A stretch of 62,021 bases of DNA from a virus (Duplodnaviria > Caudoviricetes): IMG/VR virus record IMGVR_UViG_3300021964_000060, positions 1 through 62,021 of that record; one strand, written 5' to 3'. Both the position numbers and the translations under genes were made by a program. Numbering within the stretch: position 1 is the first letter of the stretch; every line of letters starts with the position of its first letter. The notes beneath the pieces were generated by a model. It was not told where the DNA came from. It made no database searches and saw nothing but the letters and a program-made list of their open reading frames with translations. Below are positions 8,846 through 17,922 of this stretch, in pieces.

Positions 8846-11741
8846 ATTCTATCATTGTATACTGTATTTTTACTGTCATAGTATTTGTATTACTTCTGGT
8901 CATAACTAAAGAAGTTGTTCCGCTTGAAAATGAAACATCAAAATCCATTATAGGTTGACTCCCGGTATAAATATTAGCGTAAGAAGTAATTTGCGGTAAA
9001 GCTCCATTTGTTAGTATAAGAGCTTCTTGAATTTGTTCTTCAGCCGAAGTATTATCTCTAACATGTATTAATAATTTAACACCTTTATAATTGTTTGAGG
9101 TATACGTAAATGTTGGATTTGCGGGAGTTGCAGTTACATTAAAAGATGCTGTTCCTTGTTGTGCAATACCGTAATTTACATATCCAGAAAAATCAGCATT
9201 TGTTCCATAAATATCGCCGGTTATTGTTAAGTCACCTGTATTAGCAACAGATAACAAATCAACATTTTCTAATACACTAGAATTGTATGTATAAATTGTT
9301 ACATCAGCACCCGTTGTTGGTGCAGGAGTAATTGTAACAATACCTGTTTGTGAATTTGCAGTAAAATTACTATCATCGACCAAACTTCCGTTAACAAATG
9401 GTTGAAAATATAACCATTTATTTGTTGCCGTACCGAATGTCGAAGATCCGGAAGATGTAAAGTTATAAACTTCAACAGCCACAAACCCGGAGCCGCCTCC
9501 ACCTCCACCGCCAGTGACTGTTGTAAATGAGAAATTGCCATTTCCGTCTGTCTGTAATACTTGTCCTGCATTACCATCTGAAATATTAAAATCTAAAAGT
9601 GATGTAGGCGTATTAGTAAAATTAGTATAATCTAAATAATGTGTTCCATCTTGTCCATCTAATGTGTCTGCATCAAGCCCTGTTGTAGACGATGTTAAAA
9701 TATTTGATCTTGTGGTACCATCACCTACTACCCATACATCATTTGACTCATCCCATTCGATGTAAGAATCAGTAGAAGAACCTCGATTTACGACAATCGC
9801 AACATTTGAAGTTGGAGCTACGCCACCTAAATCTGAATTTAATGTAATAACAGTGTCAACACCTGTCAAATCAAGAACAGGAGCTGTTAACTTTCTGCCT
9901 GAACCGTTATTAACCGTTATAGAGCCATTAGTAGCAACACTTTGAAACGTTACGATACTTGAAGTTGCAACGGCTTGACCGATAGAAATGGTGCCACTAC
10001 TTATTGTTACACCAGTTCCTTGTGAAAATGCACCTTGAGCTAAACTGTCTGAAAAATATTTATTTGTAGTTCCTTCTATTAAATCATCAGTTGTAAATCC
10101 GCTTAAATTATGATTAACAACACTTACGCTTGAACCCATATATGAATGGACGCCACATTGATAATACAATTTACTAGGAGTAGAATCTGTAACAATTAAT
10201 TCAGCGTAAGCTCCAGGGGAACCTGCAGTACCAACATATGTAAAGTTAGTTGTATATCCTAGAGATTTTGCTGCATCAAGGTAAAAACCTAAAGGGTGGT
10301 TAGTGTTGGTTGAATCTGACTGGTCAAACTGATAAGTCACATTGGGAATAAATGATATATGCGGACCTTCTATACCGTCAATAGCATATCCATTTGAGGA
10401 TCCTTGTCCAAAGAAAATATGGTCAGCAGTTTTACCTTGAACAGTTACAGTATAGGTTACGATTTTGTTATTGTTAATCGCATCCATTTTTTTACTATCT
10501 GTGACTAATGTGTAACCATTAAGTATGTTTACAGTTTTGTTTTTACCATTCAAGGTAACCGCAGGATTATTAACGCCCGTGTCATCTCTAACCACAAACT
10601 CTAATCCTCCAGTCCATGGATTAGCAACAACTGGATCTGTAATAGTACCTCTAATATGAGAATATAGCGCCTGTCCCCCAATGAATCCGCCTGACGTACC
10701 GGAACCGTAAAACAAAATTTCACCCGTCCGAGTTCCAACAACCGGTAAATTTGCATTAGTCATATTGTGAGCAAACGTTAATTCTGGGCTGTCTATTGTA
10801 TCAGTAAGATTAAGGTCTAGGAATGTTGGTTGAGAAGTTGTGCTTAAATTATATGCTGTACCTGAAACTGAAAGTTGACCAGAAAGATTAATACCAACCC
10901 CCGTATTTAACGCTCCCTGTGTTGTGGTTGTCGTTGATGCACCGGCAACGGCAACTGTACCTGAATTATCTGGTAAACTAATTGTTCTATCAGTAGATGG
11001 GTTTATTACTGTTAATGTTGTTTCCCAACCATCATCGGTTGCACCCTCAAAAACAATACTACTGTTAGCATACAAATATAAATCAGCATTTCCTCTTACT
11101 TGCACTTGAGGTTTAATTGCACCTAAACCAGTTAATGATAACACTGTTGTATCGAACTTTTGATGTGCAACAACAAAATCCATTATGCCATATTCAGAAC
11201 CTGCAAGACTGTTAAACCCTCGCTGTTGGATTCTTCCATACGCCATTAGGCTTCCGCCATTATCATAACCTATAAAATCAAAATCAGCTATGCTACTGTG
11301 ATTAGACTCAATCCAGAAATTAAATCCGCCAACACCTTCATTAACAAACTTTGCGCTATAATCTACAATTGGAGTATTTGCTGTGACTAATAAGTCATCT
11401 TTTAAAGAAACTGAACCTTCAACTTGAAGTTTATTTACACCATCATCGGTACCTGTACCGATTAATGTATTGCCTTTAAACTCATTAAGGTAAATTGTAC
11501 CGTTAGAATCAACTTCAATAATAGGTACATTGTTAGCATCGTTTGCAGAAAATACAATTCCGCTTAATGAATTTGTGATATTAAATAAATCACCAATTGA
11601 ACTAGAAAAGTTTAAAGAACCGTCATCCTCAACTGTTAGTGTAACAGGATTATTTGACCCACCCGTAAATACAATGGTGGGATCTGCATTTGCATTGCCC
11701 GTTTGAGGCGTAATTAATATGTTCTTATCTGAATCTGCCAT
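8841..11741 (-). CDS. Tail fibre-like protein (966 aa) with an internal cupredoxin-like domain
   Basis: Fibre modules (FEGATDDGWETTLTVINPSTDRTISLPD, TTDDLIEGTTNKYF, LDADTLDGQDG, GQVLQTDGNGNFSF) and an NHP...LYYQCGVHSYMG segment. Confidence 0.8.
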   Translation of the reverse strand: MADSDKNILITPQTGNANADPTIVFTGGSNNPVTLTVEDDGSLNFSSSIGDLFNITNSLSGIVFSANDANNVPIIEVDSNGTIYLNEFKGNTLIGTGTDDGVNKLQVEGSVSLKDDLLVTANTPIVDYSAKFVNEGVGGFNFWIESNHSSIADFDFIGYDNGGSLMAYGRIQQRGFNSLAGSEYGIMDFVVAHQKFDTTVLSLTGLGAIKPQVQVRGNADLYLYANSSIVFEGATDDGWETTLTVINPSTDRTISLPDNSGTVAVAGASTTTTTQGALNTGVGINLSGQLSVSGTAYNLSTTSQPTFLDLNLTDTIDSPELTFAHNMTNANLPVVGTRTGEILFYGSGTSGGFIGGQALYSHIRGTITDPVVANPWTGGLEFVVRDDTGVNNPAVTLNGKNKTVNILNGYTLVTDSKKMDAINNNKIVTYTVTVQGKTADHIFFGQGSSNGYAIDGIEGPHISFIPNVTYQFDQSDSTNTNHPLGFYLDAAKSLGYTTNFTYVGTAGSPGAYAELIVTDSTPSKLYYQCGVHSYMGSSVSVVNHNLSGFTTDDLIEGTTNKYFSDSLAQGAFSQGTGVTISSGTISIGQAVATSSIVTFQSVATNGSITVNNGSGRKLTAPVLDLTGVDTVITLNSDLGGVAPTSNVAIVVNRGSSTDSYIEWDESNDVWVVGDGTTRSNILTSSTTGLDADTLDGQDGTHYLDYTNFTNTPTSLLDFNISDGNAGQVLQTDGNGNFSFTTVTGGGGGGGSGFVAVEVYNFTSSGSSTFGTATNKWLYFQPFVNGSLVDDSNFTANSQTGIVTITPAPTTGADVTIYTYNSSVLENVDLLSVANTGDLTITGDIYGTNADFSGYVNYGIAQQGTASFNVTATPANPTFTYTSNNYKGVKLLIHVRDNTSAEEQIQEALILTNGALPQITSYANIYTGSQPIMDFDVSFSSGTTSLVMTRSNTNTMTVKIQYTMIES

Positions 11742-11766
11742 TTCTAATTCCTAATTGAGACACTAT

Positions 11767-11774
11767 TATTTATG
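11767..11774 (-). promoter_or_regulatory. Late-promoter variant CATAAATA overlapping the upstream stop codon
   Basis: tatttatg at 11767-11774, 25 nt before the ATG at 11741. Confidence 0.55.
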
Positions 11775-12756
11775 AAACATTTGTGCTAGGGAAAGCACGA
11801 TTTTCTCCCCAAATAATTCTGACACCTCCGGGAGCTCCCCTTGCAGAACCAGATCTATCAGCAGCACCGCCACCACCATATTCACCACCTCGACCTTTAT
11901 CAGTGTTAAACCCGGTACCGGTTATGCCGTCATCGCCATTTGACCCACCTTCTCCAAAATTACCACCTTGACCGGTTGTTGATTGACTTCCTGGATTGCC
12001 GCTAGTGCCCTCACCAAAAAGACCTACACCACCGCCGCCACCGCCGGTATTGACAGAACCACCACCGCCGCCACCACCAGCGCCTCCGGATCCACCTGTG
12101 CCTGCTTGACCTTGACCTGTTGAGCTGTTACTTACGCCACCATTACCACCATTGCCCGAATATCCTCCAGCACCACCGCCACCTCCGCCTCCGGAACCGC
12201 CTTGGTCACCACCTGAACCCCCAAAGCCACCGCCTTGGGTACTGCCTGTATCTGTTAATGCAGCGTATTGTCCACCACTCCCACCGACTCCATTACCGTA
12301 AACAGAAATTACGCCTGCATTTCCGCCGTTTGCTAAAACAAATGTAGTTCTTCCAGAGGAGACTATGGATCTTAAACCGCTACCTGCATACATAGGAAAA
12401 TCTGAACTTAGACCTGGAGATTTTCTTACATCTTCTCCACCACCGCCAACAGTAATATCAAGAACTTGACCCGGAAAAACATCTATATCATTTTTCCAGT
12501 GCAAAGCGCCGCCACCGCCACCGCAACCACCATTGTAACCATAACCTGCGCCGCCTCCGCCAACAGCAACAATACATATACTCCACACACCTTGAGGAAC
12601 TGTCCAAGTGTAGTATTTTGAGTCATACGGTACTGCTGGATCAACCTCAAATAATCTTGAACCAAAAGGCACGGGTAATTTGGTCGCAGGGTATTTTGCG
12701 TTTTTATCTCTACCTAGATTTGATGTTGCTACTCGAGGCCCAGAATGTCTTCCCAT
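11770..12756 (-). CDS. Glycine-rich adhesin-like virion protein (328 aa)
   Basis: YTWTVPQGVWSICIVAVGGGG...GGGGG tracts...GGVRIIW; paralogous to 12882..14057; AGGTGA ribosome-binding site. Confidence 0.8.
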   Translation of the reverse strand: MGRHSGPRVATSNLGRDKNAKYPATKLPVPFGSRLFEVDPAVPYDSKYYTWTVPQGVWSICIVAVGGGGAGYGYNGGCGGGGGALHWKNDIDVFPGQVLDITVGGGGEDVRKSPGLSSDFPMYAGSGLRSIVSSGRTTFVLANGGNAGVISVYGNGVGGSGGQYAALTDTGSTQGGGFGGSGGDQGGSGGGGGGGAGGYSGNGGNGGVSNSSTGQGQAGTGGSGGAGGGGGGGSVNTGGGGGGVGLFGEGTSGNPGSQSTTGQGGNFGEGGSNGDDGITGTGFNTDKGRGGEYGGGGAADRSGSARGAPGGVRIIWGENRAFPSTNVS

Positions 12757-12771
12757 GTTTTCACCTTTATA

Positions 12772-12873
12772 TTAATTAGGCCAAGGAACATGAGAATACT
12801 TGGGTGCTTTGAGATTCCTATAATTAGGAAACCCTTCAATTCTTTTAGTTCTTTTACCTAGATGTACGCCCAT
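12772..12873 (-). CDS. Unannotated 33-aa microprotein MGVHLGKRTKRIEGFPNYRNLKAPKYSHVPWPN
   Basis: Translated by hand: ATG 12873-12871, TAA 12774-12772, preceded by AGGAAG. Fills the gap between two genes, and its N-terminus matches theirs (MSLHYGKR, MGRHSGPR). Confidence 0.65.
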   Translation of the reverse strand: MGVHLGKRTKRIEGFPNYRNLKAPKYSHVPWPN

Positions 12874-12881
12874 TTTACTTC

Positions 12882-14057
12882 CTAATATACAAACAATGTG
12901 TTATTTTTCCTATAACGAATAAATTCCACATTTGTAGAAGGAAATTCACATACTAAACCGGTTGATGTGGGAAAAGCACATATTCTAACAACGCCATCAC
13001 CGCCATGACCACCGTAAAGACCATCTTCGCTACCTGCACCGCCTCCCCCATAATGTCCAGTTCCTTCGGACCAACCTAGTGTCCTACTAACCGCATTTAC
13101 TGAACTTCCGTTAAGACCACCACCCCAAAAACTTATTTGAGAACCTCCAGTTCCAAAACCAGCAACAAGTCCGGTGTTGGTGTTGGTTTGCCCCGCACCA
13201 CCCGTTCCGCTAGCACCTTCTCCCCAAATTCCCGTTCCGCCACCGCCTCCGTGGTTACAGGAATTAAAATGTCTTCCACCCCCGCCGCCACCACCACCGG
13301 CACCATCGAATCCACTATTTCCTCCTAGAGTGGAACCTGGATTTGAACCAAGAAAAGCACATCCGTCACCACCATTGCCCGAATAACCTCCAGCACCGCC
13401 GCCACCGCCACCGTAGTTATAGCACCCACCTCTACCACCATTGCCGCCACCCATACCGGTATTATTACCATAAGTAGTAGTTTGTGAAATACTTCCATCA
13501 AATCTAGGCTTAGCAGCTAATTCCGTTGTATTAGTATTGCGTGATCTTGCTCCAAGACCGCCTTCGGCCTGAACCCTAAAATTACCAAATGCCTCGAGGC
13601 GGTCATCCCAAGTTGAGTCTTCGCCTTCCTGTGCTAAAGTGGTTCCGCTCTGAATAGATATGGCTTGACCGCCTGAACCAACCGTTATATAATATGTGCT
13701 CCCCGGAGTAACATCAATTCCATTCATATAAGCTAAGGCACCGCCAAAGCCTCCTGCCCCGTATGAAGAAGCGCCTCTTCCGGCTCCACCGCCGCCAATA
13801 CATAAAACTGATATTTTACTAATTCCATCTGGGCATATCCAAGTATAATTACCAGGAGTTTCAAATACCCAATCTAATCTTTCTGAGTTTGCACTTGCAG
13901 TCTCATTACCATTGGCACCTTGCAGATATCGAAACGGAATATTCCTAGTAATTAATTCTGCCGTTGCTCGGGCTTCTTCACTCTCATTGAGTCTTTTAGC
14001 AACTTCTTTGTTCGAACTATCAATTACTGAAGCTCGTTTTCCGTAGTGTAGGCTCAT
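12882..14057 (-). CDS. Glycine-rich adhesin-like virion protein (391 aa)
   Basis: FETPGNYTWICPDGISKISVLCIGGGG...GGGGGAGGYSGNGG...GDGVVRI. Start overlaps the upstream fibre stop (ATGA). Confidence 0.8.
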   Translation of the reverse strand: MSLHYGKRASVIDSSNKEVAKRLNESEEARATAELITRNIPFRYLQGANGNETASANSERLDWVFETPGNYTWICPDGISKISVLCIGGGGAGRGASSYGAGGFGGALAYMNGIDVTPGSTYYITVGSGGQAISIQSGTTLAQEGEDSTWDDRLEAFGNFRVQAEGGLGARSRNTNTTELAAKPRFDGSISQTTTYGNNTGMGGGNGGRGGCYNYGGGGGGAGGYSGNGGDGCAFLGSNPGSTLGGNSGFDGAGGGGGGGGRHFNSCNHGGGGGTGIWGEGASGTGGAGQTNTNTGLVAGFGTGGSQISFWGGGLNGSSVNAVSRTLGWSEGTGHYGGGGAGSEDGLYGGHGGDGVVRICAFPTSTGLVCEFPSTNVEFIRYRKNNTLFVY

Positions 14058-17000
14058 TTTGCATCATACTCCACAACCATCTTGTCGATGTCTTTACGCT
14101 CGCCATACACGGTGTAGAAACAATTAATCTCCTTGCTTAATAAATTATCATTGCCAACAAGAACTGCATTGGCAGCAATGTCTTTGACAAATAACTTTTG
14201 ATGTTTACCAATAGGTGTTAATTCAACTGTAATTGTATCCTCATCAACCAAACCTAACCAATACTCAGGCAATTCAATAATGTTATTGCCTTTTAGACGA
14301 CCACGAACATAAACACCGTTTTCCGGTCCTTCTAATGAACCGTGCTTTAACTTCATGCCCTCTTTTGTTGGGTGGTCAATTAAGAATGATTTTGCTGTTG
14401 CTGTTAATGTGCCGGTAACATCAACTCCACCAGAATTTGTTTCTAGTTTTGGGCTTCCGTTGTAGTTCAGTTTAACATTATTAGTTGAATCCCCCATGGC
14501 GATATAGGTAACACCGCCTCTCTTAAGTGAGAATATTCCGGTTGATGTATCTTTAAGTTCTATGTTAGCATTATGATTGTTATATTTTTCAAAAATAAGC
14601 GACCCAGTTCCACCAAGCATCTTTATTTCTTGTGGCTTCAGAGTTAAAGTACTCAAAGATATTTGATTATTCAATGGGTTATATTTCAATCCGCTATCTG
14701 ATTTACCTTCCTGAGCTCCTGACGCACTGTCAACAAAGGTAATAAATCTTTCTGCATCTGAAGAATTATCTTTGGAAATATTTTGCAATACATCAGTGCT
14801 AGATACAGAACCCCATGAAAGTTCGCCTGTTGCAGAGTTTGCAACTTGTAATACTTCACCATCTGCACCGATTTGTTTAGGGAAAATTTGTCCTTCAATT
14901 TTAACAACGCCGTCTGTTGTCGAATTGCCGCCAGAAATTTCAACATCACCACCCACAACAGTGCTTGATGATCCATCACCACCTTTGATAATAACGGGTG
15001 TGGGTACTGTCCCATCTGTTTCATTAGGACCAGAAATTTCCATTGTGAGGGTGCCAGGAGCAGCTGAAAGCAAGAACAAACCGTTATCATAGTTTGTAAT
15101 AACATCTGTGTATAATGTTGAATTAGAATCTACGAAAAGATCACCGTTAATAGTTGTGTCGTCTGAAATAGTTACTGAACTTGCGCCAACAGTAACTTTA
15201 TCAGTGCCCCCAACGCTCATTACAAGGAAGTTATTTGCATCTTCTACTAATAATTCTACATTTGCCGTTAGACCCGAATGAACTACTATCGACTGATTAG
15301 ATGAATATGAGGATCCAATCCTTAGATAGTTTAAGCTGCTACTTGTTGCTGTGCTTCCACCTTCAATTATAATAAATGATTTGGTCGAATAACCTTGAGC
15401 AGGAAACCCTCCGGTTGCGATTCCTCCAGCTCCAATGTTCATATCGTTAATATCAAAACCTTGAGTTTCAGGATTTCTTGTAAACCACAATTCCGAAAGT
15501 TTCATTCCTGCCAGACTGGTTGACTGAACCAAACCATTTGTAATAGTTCCGTCACGGACTAAAATAAATCTACTTCTATCATCATCCCAAGCAAGGAGTG
15601 CTTGGTTAGATGTATTTGCAGCAGTATTAAAATAAGGAAACGCAATACCACGATCTAGGCCATCGTCCGCATTTGTGCCTACTGTAATGATGTTATCTTC
15701 AAATGTGACATTTCCGGATACATCTAATGTACCGTTAACAGATAATCCGGATACATTTGCGTTACCGTTAACAGATAATCCGGATACATTTGCGTTACCG
15801 TTAACGGATAATCCTGCTGAATCAATTGTTACTACAGTAGTATTTGCAGCATACAATTTAATATTGTTATTTGTGCCGTCAAGGAGAACCTTTTCAGTTT
15901 CACTATTTTCAATTTGTAAATCAGATGCGCCAAAAGTAGATGATGTTGAAAGGATTAAGCTATTTCGATTTCTTGTATCAAAGTTCCATCTAGCGGCAGC
16001 GCCACCAATAGTCAGCGCATTGAGACCTGCAGTCGCAAAAGCAATTGTAGAGGAGTTTCTAGAATTAATTCCAGCTACAAGTAAATCACCTTCACCAAAT
16101 GAATTCTTTGTAATAACGCCATTAGATTCTGAAACATCATCATATAATACGAATGAGCTTTCACTATCATCCCAACCCATGAATCCTTGTTTAGGGTCAC
16201 CGTCATTGTAACTAAATACAATACCACGATCTAAATTATCATCAACTGAATTATTAGAATTTCCTATGAAAATGATAGGATCTTCAATTTCTAATGATTC
16301 TGCTGTGATAGTAGTTGTATTTCCATTAACAAGTAATCCGCCTTCGACAGTTAAGTTTCTAAAAGCGGCATCACCCAAATTACCTGTTGCAGACATGTCA
16401 TTATAAGTATCATTATTGACTATAGTTGCATCTGGAATATATTTAAATTTATTATCTGACTTATCTACACCAAAGAATGCACGCTTTTGACCTGAAGTCG
16501 GTGCAGCAATACCGGTTCCTGTGCCTGCACCAGTTGCAGTAAATATAGTTCCTACTGTGTTATTAGGTGAACCTATAGATGTCCATGTTGTATCGCCTGC
16601 ATCAATAATTTGATATTCAACACCAACTTGTATATTAGATGCGGTTACGTTTGCCTCATCATTATATCCAATAATAACACCCATATCAGAATTTGTTTGA
16701 TATAGTGCAACATTATGACCTAAGTTAATATATTCTGGGGCAACATCAACAACATCATAAAGATTAATATGACCTTGTCCGTTACCACGGATAGTGATAT
16801 CAGTATTTGTCTGTGTTGCTTGTATAAGATCAGCGGCTACATAGCCACTAAATGAAACAATATTTTGACATTGAAGTGTATTAGTTCCGGGATTAAAAAT
16901 TAAGCCACTATTATCAACCATAGCAGCTCGACCTGTGGTTGCGCTACCTCCAGGTAATGTTGTTCCGCCTGACGTTGCTTGCATTAATAATACATTGTAT

Positions 17001-17596
17001 GCATTATCATCGTCTGTTGATTCATCAACCTGCAAATAACCTGCCACTGCATCAGTTGGATCTAATTTATATGAAGATGTTCCGTTTGTTACATAATAAT
17101 CATAACCTGTTAAAGGAGGATCTCCGGCATATACAAGATTTCCAACACCTGTTGTTAATAGTTCTCCAGATGCATTGGGTAATGTAATTGTTCTTGCCGC
17201 TGTTGCTGTAGCGGCACTTAATGTTGTATTAAAAGATCCTGTATCAAATACAAGATTAGAAGTATTTAAAATAATATCGTTTGTTGTAATATTTCCAAAA
17301 TCAGTTGCTGTTTGCAAATCTGTATTCGAAATACTTTGGTTAACAATTGTTTGAATTACTTCAAGGTTTGCTGTATCAACAGTTAATTCACCATTAGCAA
17401 CAGAAATACCCGAACCTAATTGAACCCATTGTCTTAAACCAATATCTGACGATATAAGCATTCCATTATTTGCTGTAGGAGATCCTAAGTTAGGCTCCGC
17501 ATTTTCAAGACTTAAATATGAGTAACGATCCGCATCTACTGATGTAGGCGAATTAGCTTTTACTCTACCGCTAAGATAATGACCAGGTTTACGCAT
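14054..17596 (-). CDS. Long tail fibre (1180 aa) with a C-terminal KSFLIDHP..H.SLEGPE domain (putative chaperone)
   Basis: Repeated 'ED.II..G...DD.LDRGI.F.Y...WDD' modules and beta-shaft repeats. C-terminus KSFLIDHPTKEGMKLKHGSLEGPENGVYVRG...YGERKD recurs at the ends of phage fibres. Confidence 0.85.
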   Translation of the reverse strand: MRKPGHYLSGRVKANSPTSVDADRYSYLSLENAEPNLGSPTANNGMLISSDIGLRQWVQLGSGISVANGELTVDTANLEVIQTIVNQSISNTDLQTATDFGNITTNDIILNTSNLVFDTGSFNTTLSAATATAARTITLPNASGELLTTGVGNLVYAGDPPLTGYDYYVTNGTSSYKLDPTDAVAGYLQVDESTDDDNAYNVLLMQATSGGTTLPGGSATTGRAAMVDNSGLIFNPGTNTLQCQNIVSFSGYVAADLIQATQTNTDITIRGNGQGHINLYDVVDVAPEYINLGHNVALYQTNSDMGVIIGYNDEANVTASNIQVGVEYQIIDAGDTTWTSIGSPNNTVGTIFTATGAGTGTGIAAPTSGQKRAFFGVDKSDNKFKYIPDATIVNNDTYNDMSATGNLGDAAFRNLTVEGGLLVNGNTTTITAESLEIEDPIIFIGNSNNSVDDNLDRGIVFSYNDGDPKQGFMGWDDSESSFVLYDDVSESNGVITKNSFGEGDLLVAGINSRNSSTIAFATAGLNALTIGGAAARWNFDTRNRNSLILSTSSTFGASDLQIENSETEKVLLDGTNNNIKLYAANTTVVTIDSAGLSVNGNANVSGLSVNGNANVSGLSVNGTLDVSGNVTFEDNIITVGTNADDGLDRGIAFPYFNTAANTSNQALLAWDDDRSRFILVRDGTITNGLVQSTSLAGMKLSELWFTRNPETQGFDINDMNIGAGGIATGGFPAQGYSTKSFIIIEGGSTATSSSLNYLRIGSSYSSNQSIVVHSGLTANVELLVEDANNFLVMSVGGTDKVTVGASSVTISDDTTINGDLFVDSNSTLYTDVITNYDNGLFLLSAAPGTLTMEISGPNETDGTVPTPVIIKGGDGSSSTVVGGDVEISGGNSTTDGVVKIEGQIFPKQIGADGEVLQVANSATGELSWGSVSSTDVLQNISKDNSSDAERFITFVDSASGAQEGKSDSGLKYNPLNNQISLSTLTLKPQEIKMLGGTGSLIFEKYNNHNANIELKDTSTGIFSLKRGGVTYIAMGDSTNNVKLNYNGSPKLETNSGGVDVTGTLTATAKSFLIDHPTKEGMKLKHGSLEGPENGVYVRGRLKGNNIIELPEYWLGLVDEDTITVELTPIGKHQKLFVKDIAANAVLVGNDNLLSKEINCFYTVYGERKDIDKMVVEYDAK
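15713..15814. repeat. In-frame 33-bp tandem repeat (two exact copies plus partial flanks) encoding SGLSVNGNANV
   Basis: accgttaacagataatccggatacatttgcgtt at 15731-15763 and 15764-15796 are identical. Partial third copy at 15797-15814 (1 mismatch) and partial tccggatacat at 15713-15723. Confidence 0.95.
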
Positions 17597-17921
17597 CTAC
17601 AGTTTCCAAATAGCTCAATGTTAATTTAAGAGAAGCACCTGTAGAAGCAAATCCTTTTAAGGAATCTCCGGATTCTAATACAATTTTACCTGTAGTCAAC
17701 GCTGTTGCATCATGGGCCGGAATAGTTAATTCGTCTACAAGTTCTGTTTCTGTTCCGCCCCTTTCATGTAAAAATGTAACTGTGTGATCTGCATTTGTTA
17801 CATTCACACATTGTGCATTAAGAATAATAGATGTCCTTCCTGCAGGCGCTGTGTACACAGTTGCATTTGTGCCTGTAAAGATATAGGTTGTGGTTTTAAA
17901 CTGATTAAGTGAACTTGCCAT
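17589..17921 (-). CDS. Small conserved fibre-associated protein (110 aa, predicted beta-sandwich)
   Basis: VYTAPAGRTSIILNAQCVNV...GKIVLESGDSL...LTLSYLE pattern. Tightly coupled to both neighbours. Confidence 0.75.
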   Translation of the reverse strand: MASSLNQFKTTTYIFTGTNATVYTAPAGRTSIILNAQCVNVTNADHTVTFLHERGGTETELVDELTIPAHDATALTTGKIVLESGDSLKGFASTGASLKLTLSYLETVDA

Positions 17922-17922
17922 T

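Noticed and set aside
11783-13386. Pro-rich and His-rich plus-strand ORFs and locally raised GC
   Set aside because: Antisense shadows of polyglycine codons in the Gly-rich genes. The GC rise is explained by amino-acid composition, not foreign DNA.
15713-15814. Possible CRISPR array
   Set aside because: The repeats are contiguous with no spacers and are in frame within a CDS.
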